Of a stretch of 64,000 nucleotides of DNA, positions 42,581 to 57,500 are shown piece by piece. The first letter of the stretch is position 1. Each line of letters starts with the position of its first letter. This stretch comes from Phoronis australis (lineage: Eukaryota > Animalia > Phoronida): NCBI GenBank assembly GCA_002633005.1, contig NMRA01000340.1, positions 230,425 to 294,424 on the forward strand, in the 5' to 3' direction. The notes under the pieces are model-generated. The model saw only the letters and a program-made list of their open reading frames with translations. It was not told where the DNA came from and made no database searches. The translations under genes and the position numbers were made by a program.

Positions 42581-45514
42581 GTGACTAGCTTTGTATAACG
42601 CGCCCCTGTTTTCTCCCATCGGTAAGATCATATAGCGTTGATGTTCAGTGATGTGGACCAGACCAGTGGCGTACTTTGGGGGTAAGGTTCCAACAGACTT
42701 GTGCTGTCGCCAGCAGAGATCCAGCCCCCAAAATTAAAAAATGGACATAAGCGTAATGAAGTTTTTCTTAACGAGTGGGGCTCAGAAAATTGATTACAAC
42801 TGTGTAACATTTGGCCCCCGTCGATATCAATTCCATCCCGTCGCCAACAGTTTCGCACCTGCCCCAGTTTTGTCCCCGTTCGCAGTCAATTTTCAGCGCC
42901 ACTTGTCCTTCACGGGCTTAACGGTACACGAAGATCCGCCACGAGTTTTATGACTTTAAAAAACATAGGCACCTCATATGTTTTCTCGTTGCTTTAGCGG
43001 AAAAGCGCAGTCTCGCAAAAATTTGAACATATAGACCTAATTCTGGCGGCGGACATTAAAATCCAAAGCGAGGCCCACTGCGATAAGGTGGCACTGAACA
43101 GTTAGGCTGCGGCCGCGGCCAATTTGCACTGCCAAAATAATAAAATTTTGTGGTAGGTCAAATTTGGGGGCATTTTGCTGGTAAGCATTGCATGTAAGCT
43201 CAGTAAATGTGGTTTGCTTGTATTTGTGAACATGCTGAGAATGAAAAGAGGCCATTTTCTCGGCTGTAGCTGTACTCTTCTTCAAAATGGTGGCCCCCTG
43301 TTGCAATTGTGCATTGCTGTGTAGCAACTGAGAAATTGGCCGCAATTTCAGGTAGTCGTCAAACAAGACAGATTTGCAAAAAAACTAGTTGGTTGACGGT
43401 ACTTTTGGACCACAGTCTTGGAATCGGTAGGATATTTGCTTTCGGAATCTAATGTTGGCTTTAGTCGAGCGTCGGCAGGGACGTGGTGGTTCAGTTGGGG
43501 TCAAAAGTGCTGCCCTTATTTTTCTTAGTCTACCTTGGTTTTCACTGGGAGTGGAAGAGTCAAAAATACAAGAAAGAATACAGTTTCTTCGCTCATCTGT
43601 AGGGCTTGTGATGTGAAATGACTCAAAACTTTTCTTTATTTGAATGCAGTTTTAGACGGAGTGAAGAAAAGGTGAAGAGTCAGTTGACGTGTGTTTTGAT
43701 AGGCAAACCCCTGTGAGAACTGTTCTGTGCCTCCTAAACAAAACAGAAGTTGACATTGCGTGAGTTAAATGGCCTGGCCGGTCTTTCGAGTCCAACCTGG
43801 ATATTAAATCTTTGAAATGGGTCGATAATTAACCACAGAGACGTAGAAAAATACATTAGAGAACAAGTTAATGCACCAAAGACTTGTCTGAGGTAAGGGT
43901 ATAATTTCTTTCGGAAAACTAGGTTCGAAACATGAAAGGTAAATGTGATCAAATTGCGGCGATCGTCACGGTAGTGTTACGGATTAGGTATTATGCTGAA
44001 TGCAGGGTTACGTTTCTTCTCGTAAATTGTTGCTAAAAATGCTTTCTACACGAACCAGGCCATCTTCTCGTATTGTTGACGAGTTGAAGATATATTCGAC
44101 TGTGGTGGCTCATTGCACTTTGCTGTCACGTGCAATTAGTCACATCTGGTTTAATTTGTTGATCAAGAATAGCATATCAAGCATAGCCTAGGTCCTGGTA
44201 GTGGGGTAGGGAGTACTGGGACTAACAGTTGATTTGTCATTGATCTGAAAGAATAATTGATGTTATTAAACATATTTTTATTAAAATAAAAAACCAGGCT
44301 CGTAATTGACAAAAAAAAGTTATTTGACTATCAATTCTGCTTTCTTGGTTTCAATAATTCTTACGTCTATTTCATGACCAAGTTTCTGAACCAAGTTGAA
44401 TTTTAAAATTAAAACATATTGGGAGTGACGAAGTGGGCTTATATGAAAAGCATTAAAGCGACGATGGCTGGGTGATACTCTGGGAGGGGTTACAGTATAA
44501 TATGCGCGTATTTATGCTCATGCGCCTATGTGTTGAGCTACACATCCAACCGGAATAAGGCGCATGCGCCTGTATGCTTGTTCCTTAAACAGATGATAAT
44601 TTCTGGGTTTACATAGAACTAATATGTCGTTGCGTGGGACCCCCTCGGCCTGTAGAGCTTGATATCGAGATAACGCACTGTCAGTTCTTTCGAAGACCGG
44701 AAATCAAATCCGGTCGAAACCAATTTTACAATCATGGTAAGTGGTCTGAATCAAAACTTGGTTTTCGTGATGGAAGGTGGGTTTATAGTCAGAAACGTTC
44801 AAAATAGTGGATGTTGACTGTATTCAGTTCAACATTACTGTACAAAATTCAATAAAACACTGACAGAAAACATCCAATTCAGGACCTAAGCAGAAATGAA
44901 GCATAAGCGTGCGCCTGTATGTGAAATACGGGAACAAATAATTTTCCTTTAAAACAACGCATTATTCCGGGTAAAGGCGCGTGAGCCTAAGAATGGTTAA
45001 TGAGGACATGTTTGTTGGAATCTTATGTAGAAAATAACTGCAGGCAGTCTGGTACGCGTTATACCAGCCTTATGAGGCCACTCGGGTGGGCCCAATGCAC
45101 TGATCACCTGGAACCATTTTCATGCTTTATTAATATATAGAACCTTATTTGAGAAAACATCTCTTTCCTAGTATAAATTTTCACCCAAGCATAGTTGTCT
45201 GCTACTGACTTAAATCAGCCATCAAATTTAACGATTTCAGAGACTGCCCATGTTATTTAATACATTGCATACCAAACAGCCAGAGATTTAAGATGTAATT
45301 TTAAAAAGGAAAGGAACATCAACAAATTCGTATCTATTTGTGAGATTGCACGACTGTATTATCGCTCAACACGGCAATAGTAACGAAACAATAACAAGAG
45401 ATCGCCCTCGGTAAAAACAAATCGGCTTGTAGATTGTCTGCTTGTTGACTTCAACCTAAATTACCATCTAAAAATTTCACGAATCATCGCACGGCGGTGG
45501 ATTGTACGACATAA

Positions 45515-48500
45515 TCATAGCTTAACGACACGGCGTTTCAGTTTCCACAGTATCCTGTATTTCGGTGCGCTATCGTTTATTCTCCATCGCGAAGACTTCA
45601 TAAATTTCAATGCGTTAGGCTTGTGTTCCACCTTCTTTAAGCCATGTGAGAGCGAAGGAACGTACTGCACATCAGTCTCAACTTGAATGGCATTCTGCAA
45701 AGAAATATGATATTCCGTAAGCTCCCCGCAATTAGTCATAAGGACATATTGAATTTATATCAAATGCACGCAGGGATGCAAGTTTTTAAAAGACGATGGG
45801 TGTGAAAATAAAAGTTGCAAATTGTGCTATTGTAGGAAAGGAGAATTACCAAGAAGTCGAAGTAAAGGTGGTTTAAAGTTAAACCTGGTTTAAACTGGAC
45901 TTAGACCAGGTTTAAAGATAATCTGCATTTCATAAAGGTGGTTTAACTTTTACACCAGTGGTCTAGTAAAACCTGGTTTAAAGATAATCTGCATTTCATA
46001 AAGGTGGTTTAACTTTTACACCAGTGGTCTAGTAAAACCTGGTTTAACTCCAATTTAGACCTGGTCTAAGTCAGTTTTCATTTCACCAACGAGGGCTATA
46101 TTCTTTAGACATGTATTAAGATCTTAAACCATGTTTAACTTTAGACTTGGTCAGACCCAGGTTTAACTGTTAAATATGTCAGACTTGCATGGTATAGGTA
46201 CAACTGAACGATGCCGCGGTGTGCAATTACGACGCAGTTTTAGAGCGAAAATGGACTATTTTCATTATTCAGGTTTACTACGACACGAGATCAAACGTAA
46301 CAGGGGCGGATCCAGGATTTTTTAAAGGAGAGGGGACGGTCAAGGACTTTTTGGAAGGGGGGACCAAGTCAACAATTTGAAAATTATAGTTTTGATATCA
46401 TTAAAATCAAGGGAAAAAGGGGGCTCCGGACCCCTTGACCGCCCTGGATCCGCCTATGTATAGACCAGTACGTGCTGGAGTGTGTCCTGCGGATTCCTCA
46501 GAATACGACTGGTCGAGCAGGGCGTCATCGTCGTAAGCACTACGGATTTGACTTAAGACAGCATCTTCTGATTCTTCTGACTGAGTTCCACCTCCACTGT
46601 TCTCCGATTCAATGTTGCCGGGAAGGGGTCTTGCCCCCCCTTTTGGCCGCGAAAAATAAAAACTAAAATGACACGGAAATAAATTTGGGCATTTATCATG
46701 TTACATCTAATCATGAGCATGTTCTTTAATGAGTGTTGGGCACACAAATTACATTTTTCCTCATGAGAAAAGCTTTTAGACCATTGTCGTAAATGTCTGC
46801 ACTGATTCTACTGGTGTATGCCATTCTATACCCACGTGATCAAGGTTTCATTGAAGCACTTCAATAGTTTCTTTGTTGGGTTTACCCACCTCGACACAGT
46901 GGGATGCCTTTGACTATTTTAAACCTGGTTCTACTGAACCAGCTCCCTGGTCTAGCAAAACCAGGCTTTCAGACTCTTAAACCATGTTGGTGAAATGCAA
47001 GTTAGGTCTAAAATTAGACCAGGTTTAGGAAGACCAGGGTTAAGTCTTAAACCTGGTTTTGTTAAACCACCTTTATGAAATCGACTGTTAGTGCCGGTTT
47101 CGTGAAGTGACTTAAACACATAGGCGGATTTACGGGGGGGGGGGATCCAGGGGGCTGACGGCATGTGTTGTTGTACCGTGCCGTTCGGGCGACAGTATCA
47201 GTCGAGGGCGACAATATGTGTGACAACACTGATGGAGTTTCAACGACTCTCAGCAGTACCACATTAGTTTACCTTAGTGGCGTTATCCCTACTTCGTCCA
47301 AACGAGATAAAAACAAGGAACTCGGCCCAGACGCTGTAGTTCCATTACTATTTAGCAATATGGGTGCGTTAGACAGATTAGAGTTCATCATCATTACGTT
47401 TTGGACTTTGGTTTACACATGACAACAGCACATACAAAAGCAATCACGTGTACACAAACCGGGAACATGGCATAATATTTCCCACCGTGAACTCCACAGA
47501 CACTGGTGAATATCTGACATTTGGTTATTTGATGTGGTGTACTGTGGCAAAGGAACGCTCTTTGAGAGTTTCAAGGACCGGCCAAGAGTCTGTAATTATA
47601 GTATTTGTTGTACATAGTGACCTGTGAAACGGGTCTGCCCACTGAGGGGTTCGAAGATCAGGGAGGAGTCTACAGTTGCACGATTTGTTGTATTGTCCTG
47701 TACAGAGAGACTTCCTATTGGCAGCTTAAATGGCCAGTTGTAGGAACATCACATAACTAATGGCTCATTGGGTATGAGTCCGTTGTCTTACAGGATTTGC
47801 TCTCCAAGACCGTAGGGACTGTCCTTCGAGAGGTTCAAAGATTGGGAGGGCATTCTGTAGAGGCGAGAATCTCAGTGGCACAAACGTCTCGGCTAATCAC
47901 ACAAGAATTCGCTAGATATCGACATGTATTATAAGCGGAGCTCGTGATCGCACTAGCTTCCTTCGCGAGATTTTTGCGTCTGCAGAACCCAGCACAATTA
48001 TATAGGGGCAGTTTGGGATTTGATGTAGAGTCCCATGTGGAACGGGGAGAGATTCTTGTACCATTGCAAGAGTTACATATTTGTTATGAAATCCTGCACC
48101 ATCTTTCTCGCAAATGCGAGTTCTGGCGTCGGAAGGTGATTTCCACGAAGTGATTTCGCGATAAGTTTTATTTATACACGTAAATGTTCTTTGAGGCGAG
48201 AGCCCACATATGACTGTTCAGCAATACGCACCTGCACCAAACTGATCTTGCTATTGACAAGTTTGATTCCAGACACTTCAGGGATAGGAATACCTTTCTG
48301 ACCGAGATCTTGAACAGAAAGAAAAACATACAGTTGAGAGAAAGCTAACATTGAGTTGTCGTTGCACTCTTGTAGCATTACTTGTTCATGTACAACAGCA
48401 GGTGGCAGATTCCTTCACAGGGACACATATGTTGTATTGTTGTGTTAAAATGTAGCTGTAAGCGAGTGATTTCAATGATTCGGAGATGGAATGAACTAAA

Positions 48501-51500
48501 GCAGACTTACAGGGACATGATCAAGCTCAATTACAGCCAACTTGGAACAACAAAAAATACAGTCAGGTTAGCGGCAAAGAAACAAAACTGCAGTCCCGTT
48601 TTTATTTTATTTTATTTTATTTGATTACTTCAACAACTAACCAGATGTTTTTTTACTAAACACACTGTCTTGTTTTCACTAGTTTACTATGTGGCTTGCT
48701 GTAAATTTTGTGCAGTTGTTATTAGTTATATTCCGAGTTATGGGATCTCTATAAAACACTGTATGCCATTAGAGATGACAATACCTAAATGTAGTGCTGT
48801 CAAACTATAGATCAGACAGCACTGAAGGTTTACTACTACGAATCTAGAGAATTCTGGCCATATTAAATATTTTGAAAAAATGTGCAGCACAGCCATTCAC
48901 AGTAAATACTTATAACAAGAGCAAGGCAGAGCGTTGAAATGCGCCAACAATTGCACCGTATACGGTATCCTTCTAGGGTTGGTACCATAAAGTGGCCAGT
49001 AGAGGTCATATATGTAGTATGTTGTACTTTGCAAAATGGAAAGGCATGGTCATTGTCTCCTCAATAGACTAGGGGCAAAATGTGAGTGATCTTCATAATA
49101 CAAGCACATCCTATACATCAGTTGCTTAAAGCACCACAGAAACATAGAATTAAAAACAAATTTACCAACATACGAGATAAGCACAGCATTAGAATGCCAG
49201 AAACAAATTTCTACTTGGAACTTTTCCTTCATAGTCACGAAGTAACACAAAGTATACACCTGAAGACCTATGAAAATACAGAGGTAAATGTAAAATACTA
49301 AAATTGCCACTAGAGGCATACCGGTAGTCAGAATCATCATAAAGTCGTCATTGTCCGTTGTCAACATCACATAAACACACTTGCTAAATTTAGTAAAGAT
49401 CCTGCAAACGGTTTGGGAGATACAGCCATGGGCGCAAAAAAAACTGACACTAGGAGGCGCCAATCAAAGTCATGGGAAATTCAGCGTCAACCGTCCTCTT
49501 AATACTAAGAACATTCATGCCAATTTTCACAATCATACTTAGAGTGGTTTGGTTGATAGAGGGGTGGACGCCAAAAAACAGACTCAAAAACAGTAAAAAT
49601 GGCCACTGGGTGTTGCAAACTAGGTCGAACCCATCCGAAAACGGGAAGATAGCGTCATCGCACTAATAGGTGCCTACATACCAAATTTCATGAAAATCCG
49701 TTAAGGACTTGTGAAGATACAGAGGTAAACGTAAAAAANNNNNNNNNNNNNNNNNNNNNNNNNNNNNNNNNNNNNNNNNNNNNNNNNNNNNNNNNNNNNN
49801 NNNNNNNNNNNNNNNNNNNNNNNNNNNNNNNNNNNNNNNNNNNNNNNNNNNNNNNNNNNNNNNNNNNNNNNNNNNNNNNNNNNNNNNNNNNNNNNNNNNN
49901 NNNNNNNNNNNNNNNNNNNNNNNNNNNNNNNNNNNNNNNNNNNNNNNNNNNNNNNNNNNNNNNNNNNNNNTAGGTGCCTACATACCAAATTTCATGAAAA
50001 TCCGTTCAGGACTTTTGAAGATACAAAGGTAAGCGTAAAAAAATAAAATTGCCACTAGGGGGCACACCGGTAGTCGGATCCGTCCGAAAGTTCGCACATG
50101 CCGTCCCATTCATGAATGGAACATATGTGCCAAATTTCATGAACGTATGTCAAAGGGTTTTGGAGATAAAACACCGGACGCCGGACGGACGCTGCCCGGA
50201 CGGACGGACGGACGGAGATGACGGCATAATGCGTCCACATATAAATATGTGGGCGCATAAAAATGATATCTTTCAACTGCAGAAAATAAAATGCAAAGTT
50301 TTTTCCTTTAACTGCCGTAATAAACCGACCCACAACAGTTCGCTGTACACTCGACTTACCGTTTAACTGTTTCTCAATGAAGTCTTTGGTGGCGAAACGA
50401 AGAGTGATATTCAACGCTCGTTCCTAAAATGACAATTCAGAAGTTTCTTTTGACCTTAAACTGCATCGGATGGTTGGAAAATGCGTCATTAATGTACGTA
50501 AATTTATTGTTTAAGCCCACCGAAAACGACTTTGACACGAACAGCACCATATAAATAACTGCAGACTCATTAAAACTAAACAAGTTTTGGTTAATTTGGT
50601 ACATTTTTATAATGACGAAACAAACAACTCCTCAAACGAAAAGCGAGGCTGTGGGTGTGTTGCTCAACAGGAACAATGTGTGTAATGATGCTGAATCATT
50701 GATGTATTATATTCCCTGTTTCTGAGATAATAGCTCGAATCAAATGGCAATTTGCTACAACATATGGCTAGGATTCAAAGAATTTCTGAATGTGCTAAAT
50801 GTGTCGCACTGTCGGCCTTGCGTAATTGCAACTTTTCAGTTCATTTTTATGGAAAATACATTTTCTATTAAGTAAAATATACCAAGTAGATCAGAAACGC
50901 CTTAAGAAGGTAACATTGCCCTTAAACTGAATTTACATACCTAAACTCGTTCTGAAACAATAGGTACAAAAGCGAAATCATGTAGCCTGGTTTGTTCCTT
51001 AGAAATTGCGGGGAGATTCACGCGCTTAGGAAAGGGTAGACGCGCAATAACACAAAGAGTTTACAGTCTAGTTTCATCGTCGTTGTTATGTTGTTCAACA
51101 ATAACACGTGAAGGGTTGAGTAAAAATGAAGAATCAAGATGCATGATCAGAATACGTTGATACACAAGACAAAAGGTAATGAGCCATGAAGGCTTCTTAG
51201 CCCTAGGCTACAGCCACATGTACCTGTACGGTAGAAGAAACGCCGCACTCACTTAAAGTGGAAAATAGCCAATGCCTCGTGTAGGAAGTGAACTTTTCGT
51301 TTAGTTCACTTACCGCCATAAAATGAGTCTAGCTCTGATGATAAGTGATGTATGGGTTTGCAAAGAATTGACAGTTCGTTATTCCTTAAGAGTATGCTGG
51401 GCGCATTAAATGACACGCCGTGACAAGTCAACTTGTATAGCCTGATCTCAAGCCATAACGAATAGTCAGTTCATTCCGAGCACTGATATCATCTCTCAAT

Positions 51501-54500
51501 TTTTCTCGATAAAGAACAATTTGAGACCAATTTCATAACGGTAAATGATCTCAGTCAAGAGCTTTCTCTTGAAATCTGGGTTATGACCGCTTCAATAAGG
51601 CTACTACTAAATAGAGTATAAGATCTACAAGAAAGCACAACTTCAGGGTAATTGGTCCCCGAGGGCCGTGTCAACGACATCACGCAAAATCATGAAACCA
51701 GATCAAGGATTCCAATTCTTTACAAATTTGTTTGACTGTAAGATTGTGTTTTTACAGGACAAAACTACTGAGAAGTCAACTTAGGTTGGAACGATAAATT
51801 TATAACCCGTTGCCCCCACTCATAATGGTTTCTGAAATGGCAGAAAATGATATCTTTTTCAAACAGAAACGTGGCCCTCGAAAACGCACATCTACATATC
51901 ACTGAAGTTACACAAATCCAAGTTTGCCTGGATAAATCAATCGTGAATTCCCATCGCGACACACATGTACACTATAAGTATATCATTTTTCCCATGAAAA
52001 TTTGACTTTATTTCCTCAAACATCCGTAGTATACGACTGACAGGTGTAGGTAAAATAAACTCACCAAAGGCCGTGTACTGTTGGTGATCGACGAATTCAT
52101 AACGCGGGCTGCAATGCTGAAACAAAATGGTGCAACCTATACTGAGATGTGGGAAAAATTTGGAAGCCTAATTTATTGAAGGATATACGCATATTCGTAG
52201 CAAGAATTGATGTATTAAGATTGGACCCACATGCAATGTGGTTTATGAAGCCAGTCGTCCAATGTAAACTTATATCACAGCCAAGTTTACATCAGCGCAT
52301 GCAAAGTCTCCTTCTGATACCACAGGAACGTAGAGGGTTCATGGCAAATATATAAGGAGTGACTATTTTTTCAAACACAAGTCTGAACTGCCCAAAATGG
52401 GCGATTGTTCTCTTGCATAACATATAATTTTTTGAAGATCAACGAAATCCGTCCTCTTATTAACAGGGACTCATTAAAAGAACGTGGTAGATATTGAGGC
52501 AGGCAAAAATTAAATCTGTCATCACATTCATTGACAGGCATGATCTCAACAGGAAATTTTTGTCAATTCTTCAGACAATCTTTCACCGAATTTAGTGGGT
52601 ACTGGGGCAGGCCGGAAGAGACTGGGACACCAAAAATGACTTTAAAATATAAAAATTGCCTCTCCACTAGGTAGTGCACAACAATACTCGCATGACATGA
52701 CTCCCTGACTCCTAACAAAAAACATATCTGACAAGTTTAGTGAAAATCCGACCAAGGTCTACGTAGATGAAAAACAAAAGTAGAAAACTGAAACTAGTGG
52801 CACACCAGTGATGGAATTTGACCGAACATCGGCGTAGTCCGACGGCATACTCGTAGGTGCACACTTGCCAATCAAAATTCAAGAAGATCCAGCAGCCGCG
52901 GCTCAATGCACAGAGAGGACGGTAATATGCAATCACATTCATGTATTTGAGCGCATTGAACGCAGTCTCGACCATTACCTTCCTACGACCTGGTATAGGA
53001 ACTTTGCTAAAATTAACCCCAAATGATCAATTTACTGTATACTTCTTTGGTAAACCCATGTGTGCACTGCCAGGCGATGGTTCCTGGTTGTATTGCAATA
53101 AATCGGGTCATTTTGGATTCACGGTTGCACTAATTTATGACGAAGGGCATGCCATGTCGGTCAACCCTTATACATACAGCTGCATATGACATAATAATTT
53201 TGTTAGCTCCCAATCTACCCTCTCTCCTTTGGGATAATAGTTATGTAATGTAGATACAAAATTTTTTTCATTTCTCGAGGTAGGACGCGCTCATTCTTCC
53301 ATTTCCCTAGCAAAAATTAAAGTGATATAAAATTGTTACATTGCTAAATGTTTTGACTCGTGTACATAGATTTGTATACTTTAAAAATTTTCAAAATTGT
53401 AGACCGTAATCTCCATAGGTTGCAACACAAGCCATAGATCATGATACCAGTAAAGAACAATAAAACAATAAACGTTCATGAACATCCTGTCTGAAGCACG
53501 ACAGGTTAATCAATGTTTCCAAACCTAGATCTTAAACAACACCGCGAAGGCCTTCGCCCAATACCTAGTGATATAATTTTCCAAAAAAAATTCACATTTT
53601 ATATCAAACAATTCATTACTGTTTGCCAGATTTCGCCGCAGCTAACGGAATCAGAAATCATCATCCCTGTGCTGGTTCAACTCACCTTGTATCTTGTATC
53701 GTTCCTTTTATCACGCCGTTGCTTGTCGAGACATTTAAATGAGAGGTCATCGACTGGAATATAAAAGGCGAGTACTCAATTTTCAAGACCGCAAAACCTG
53801 ACAGATTCGGTAACGTACGTCATAGTGGACTCGAAACCGAAATATATGCTGAAATGTATGTCACCAGAAAATTGGCAAATAGGACTCACTTTTTAATGAC
53901 AGGGGGTATTTATTCGATCTACCCACTTTAAATCTTAAGTGGGAGAGCCAATTACATTTTTCTCTCTTCCATTGATTCTTAAGTTGATGCGGCGCAAACT
54001 CCGATCTAGCCGAGAGTGGACAACATTTATTCCTTCACAAAATTAACCAGAGGTAATCTATTTTGATACGGTGGCGTTTTAGAGAACAATGCATAAATCG
54101 TGGAATTTGAAAGTTTCATGTGAATTCGATCAGCTCTTTCCGAGGTACAATGTTACGAATTGAGCCGCGAGACATTTCTCTAGGGTTCTATACAATTTCA
54201 AGAAGTCTATCCTATCCATCAATAATCATCCAAAATGCGATTGTGTCTTTAACAGTGGTCTAACTCTGTCCTACAACAACTCTAGTCATCAGATAAAGGA
54301 TGGTAAACTCAGACGCACAGTTGGTCTCTTTCTGTGACGTAAAGAATATCAAACTTGGAAGCACAGTTGTTCCGCTCGACAGGTAAAGGACGTCAACACG
54401 AATTTGGCCAACTGAGCAATGTTTTCAGCGGTATGTGCACACAATATCTTTCACAAGAGATAAGGCTACTTTTAAACTTCGAAGAAAGCAATGTTTGCCA

Positions 54501-57500
54501 ACATTAGCTTTCGAGGCTTTCTCAAAGCGCCTTCGTGTCTGGGTCTTTACTTCGAAGGACTTTTACGCCGAAGGGCCGTTGCTCCGATACAATAACAGAA
54601 AGGACCATAACTCTGAAGGTCTTCACTCCGAAGGGCTTTTACTCCAAAGGTACCCAGGCTCCGAAGGGCGGGCCGTTAATTCGCTCACGTTTGTACTTTT
54701 TCGATAGCTGTCAACACTCCCTGTCATTTGATTGTCAAAAATGTACCAACGATAAGTTATTTTTGAGGTTTTTTGAAAGCAGTTTAGTGTCGCGTTCGCA
54801 GTAATGGGATTTCAGAGAATAAAAGACCCATCCAAGTATAAAACAAGGAAAGTGGAGTTCGTAGCCACATTATTTCGGAGTAACGGCACTTCGGAGCAAT
54901 GGACATTCGGAGTAATGGCCCTTTGGAGTAGAGCAACCTGTTCCCAGTGTCTTAGACTGGTCGCTCTTTCCATTCAGTTGGATACTCTGACTTCAAGTCC
55001 GCGGCCTTGAGAGGCTGTTAAATTGAAGTTGTAAGTTGAATGTAACACTCATAATCATCGGCATCGTCCTGATGCGAAAGAGTAGAAAGGTGGCGTCATG
55101 GTCACAAATGTACTCAAGAGGTCCAATGAGCCCTGTTGAATTTAACGGGAAACGCCTTCGAAAGCGACGGAAACACTACAGTTTGTTTTTGTTTTAAAGA
55201 AGCCTGTAACGGGAACAATAGACTAAACTGCATTATTCAAAGTGGTTCTCTGCGACTGAAACTCAATAAACCTGTTCGCCAGGTATTTTCATGGCTTGTT
55301 TGCATAGATTTTGAATTTCTGTTGGTTTCAAATTAAAAAGAAACATCTGCCAACTGCTCCTTACTCCGTCAATTTTTCTCTGGCAAGGCGTCTCTTATAT
55401 TATGGAAAAATGCGACCTTTGACCTTTGATGTGAAAAAACAATAGCACTTAAGCAGCAGCCAATCTGATAAAGACGATGTAAGTCCCAAGTGTTTAAAAT
55501 TAGTTATAAATGTATCATAGTATTCAAATATAATCTAAAATGTACTTTAATTGTTTTTGGAAAATTGCTCGCTTCACTAGCTTGCCTCATACTGTGCTGT
55601 CCACGTTAGATTCGGAGTGGGATCAGACATGGTAATCTGCCGTTAACATCCATCTTGTTTGTCAGCTGTTTGTTGAATGACTGTGAGCATATGCCTATGT
55701 GGGAGGGAGATTAGAAACTCTACGGTCGCTTACAGAGATTTTTCTTCTCCAGTATTTCAAAAATTGTGAATTTTGTCATTTTTTCTGGAAAGTCCCTCAG
55801 AGGGCGGAATGTGAAAATATAACTCTGTAGTACACGTTGTGAGATGGCACTTTCGTCAGGAGCTGCTTCAAAGTAATTTTTGACAAGCTTTCATGTTCGA
55901 TGCCTCTTTAAAAGAGACCAGGTATTATCAACAGAGAAGCATTGCAACATGAATTCAATCTAATCAATGAAACCTAGCTTTTTATTGAGAAGATCATAGA
56001 TTTTAGAACTAACTTTTGAAAGAGGTCAGCACATTGAAGAACGCAAAACTCACAGCATTTGCAGAAAAGAGAAAGGGGCCACGACTCTTGTTCTTTGACG
56101 CCAGGTGTACTTCCAAAATGCCGGAAAAGGCCACACTGACATGTTCCGATGTGACTGTCACATTCGGAGGCCCAGTTGAGTACATGTCGAGTTCAACTTG
56201 CTCGTTGGGATATCGCTTGCCAATCTATGCACATGAAGAGAAAGTAACGTATTCACAGCTTAGCATCAGTAGCACTCACACATTCATGGTTAAACTTTAT
56301 GTGTAGAATGTTAGCACCCAATATTATTTGTACTGTATCTTTTTACAGGAATAACAGATAGGTTATAAATGTCCAACACTTCAGTTTTCACCTCACATCA
56401 GAAAAAATAACTCTATCAACATTTTGCGCCGCAAAAGGCATTGAGTTCCCAGGTCACCTTCAAAAGAACATTCCAGTTTTATTAGATATCGTGTATGTTT
56501 TTAATCCTAAGTTTGGCATACTCTTGTCGATTCAACTAATGCAAACACACACTAGGAGAATCAGACTCAGAGTGAAAATTGTTTTTCAAGCGAAAATCTA
56601 GGAGTACCTTGATCGACAGTGACCAAGCAAGTATTGGTCTACATCTGGGGTTCCAGCACCAACGTTACTACAAGAAAGCCATCCTAAGTTCCAGTTGTGT
56701 TTACATGGAAAATATTACATTTTATCTTTCTAGTATGACAAATGTCCGCTCAAGGGTGCTCTTTGTTGATAAATGCAACCACACTTCAAAATTTGTCGTC
56801 TTTCAAAAACAGCGCCAGCAAATACAATTTCGTAAAGGCTAAACTGGTTCTGGCACCAGCTCTTCTGCAATTTTGGGTGTAAAGATTCCCATTAAACCCG
56901 TAGCGCTATTTCTAAATAGGGGAGCAAATTGAAACATCCATAACAACAAGGGCGCCCTTCAGCGCTCTGTTACTCTTTTGGAATCTAGTCTGGTACAGAG
57001 ACTGTGAATATGTCCAACGTTGTGGGAACGTACTCTCAGCTAGCTGTCGTTAAATGCATTTAACTTGAGAATTACACATTTCACGTCTACGGCACACTTC
57101 AAGTACATATGTACCACATAGCATTCCGCCAACCGATTCTAGTAGTACTTACCAACGGAACCAGTTTGCCAATACAGTTTGACGATAGTGATGCACATGT
57201 TGTGTTCAGAAACACCGCTCCTTCAGACGAGAGCTAAAAGTAACGAAAATTTTCAGTGCTACCATTTACTGCAAAAAAAGGTATATGTTGTATAATCAAA
57301 TTGTTCACTGTTGGCTCTAAATCTCAAAGTTTACGAATGTTACGCTCAAATGCTGTTGACAATATTCAATTGAATAATATAATAGTCTAACAAAAGACTT
57401 AAAGTGTCCAGGCATTTTAGGCCCAAAGAAACAAGTGAAAGATGACTCTAGTTTGAAGTTAAGAAAACTTCAATGACAACTGAAAGACAAGCACAGCCTT

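Noticed and set aside
49701-49988. ORF across the N-run
   Set aside because: Artefact of the assembly gap.
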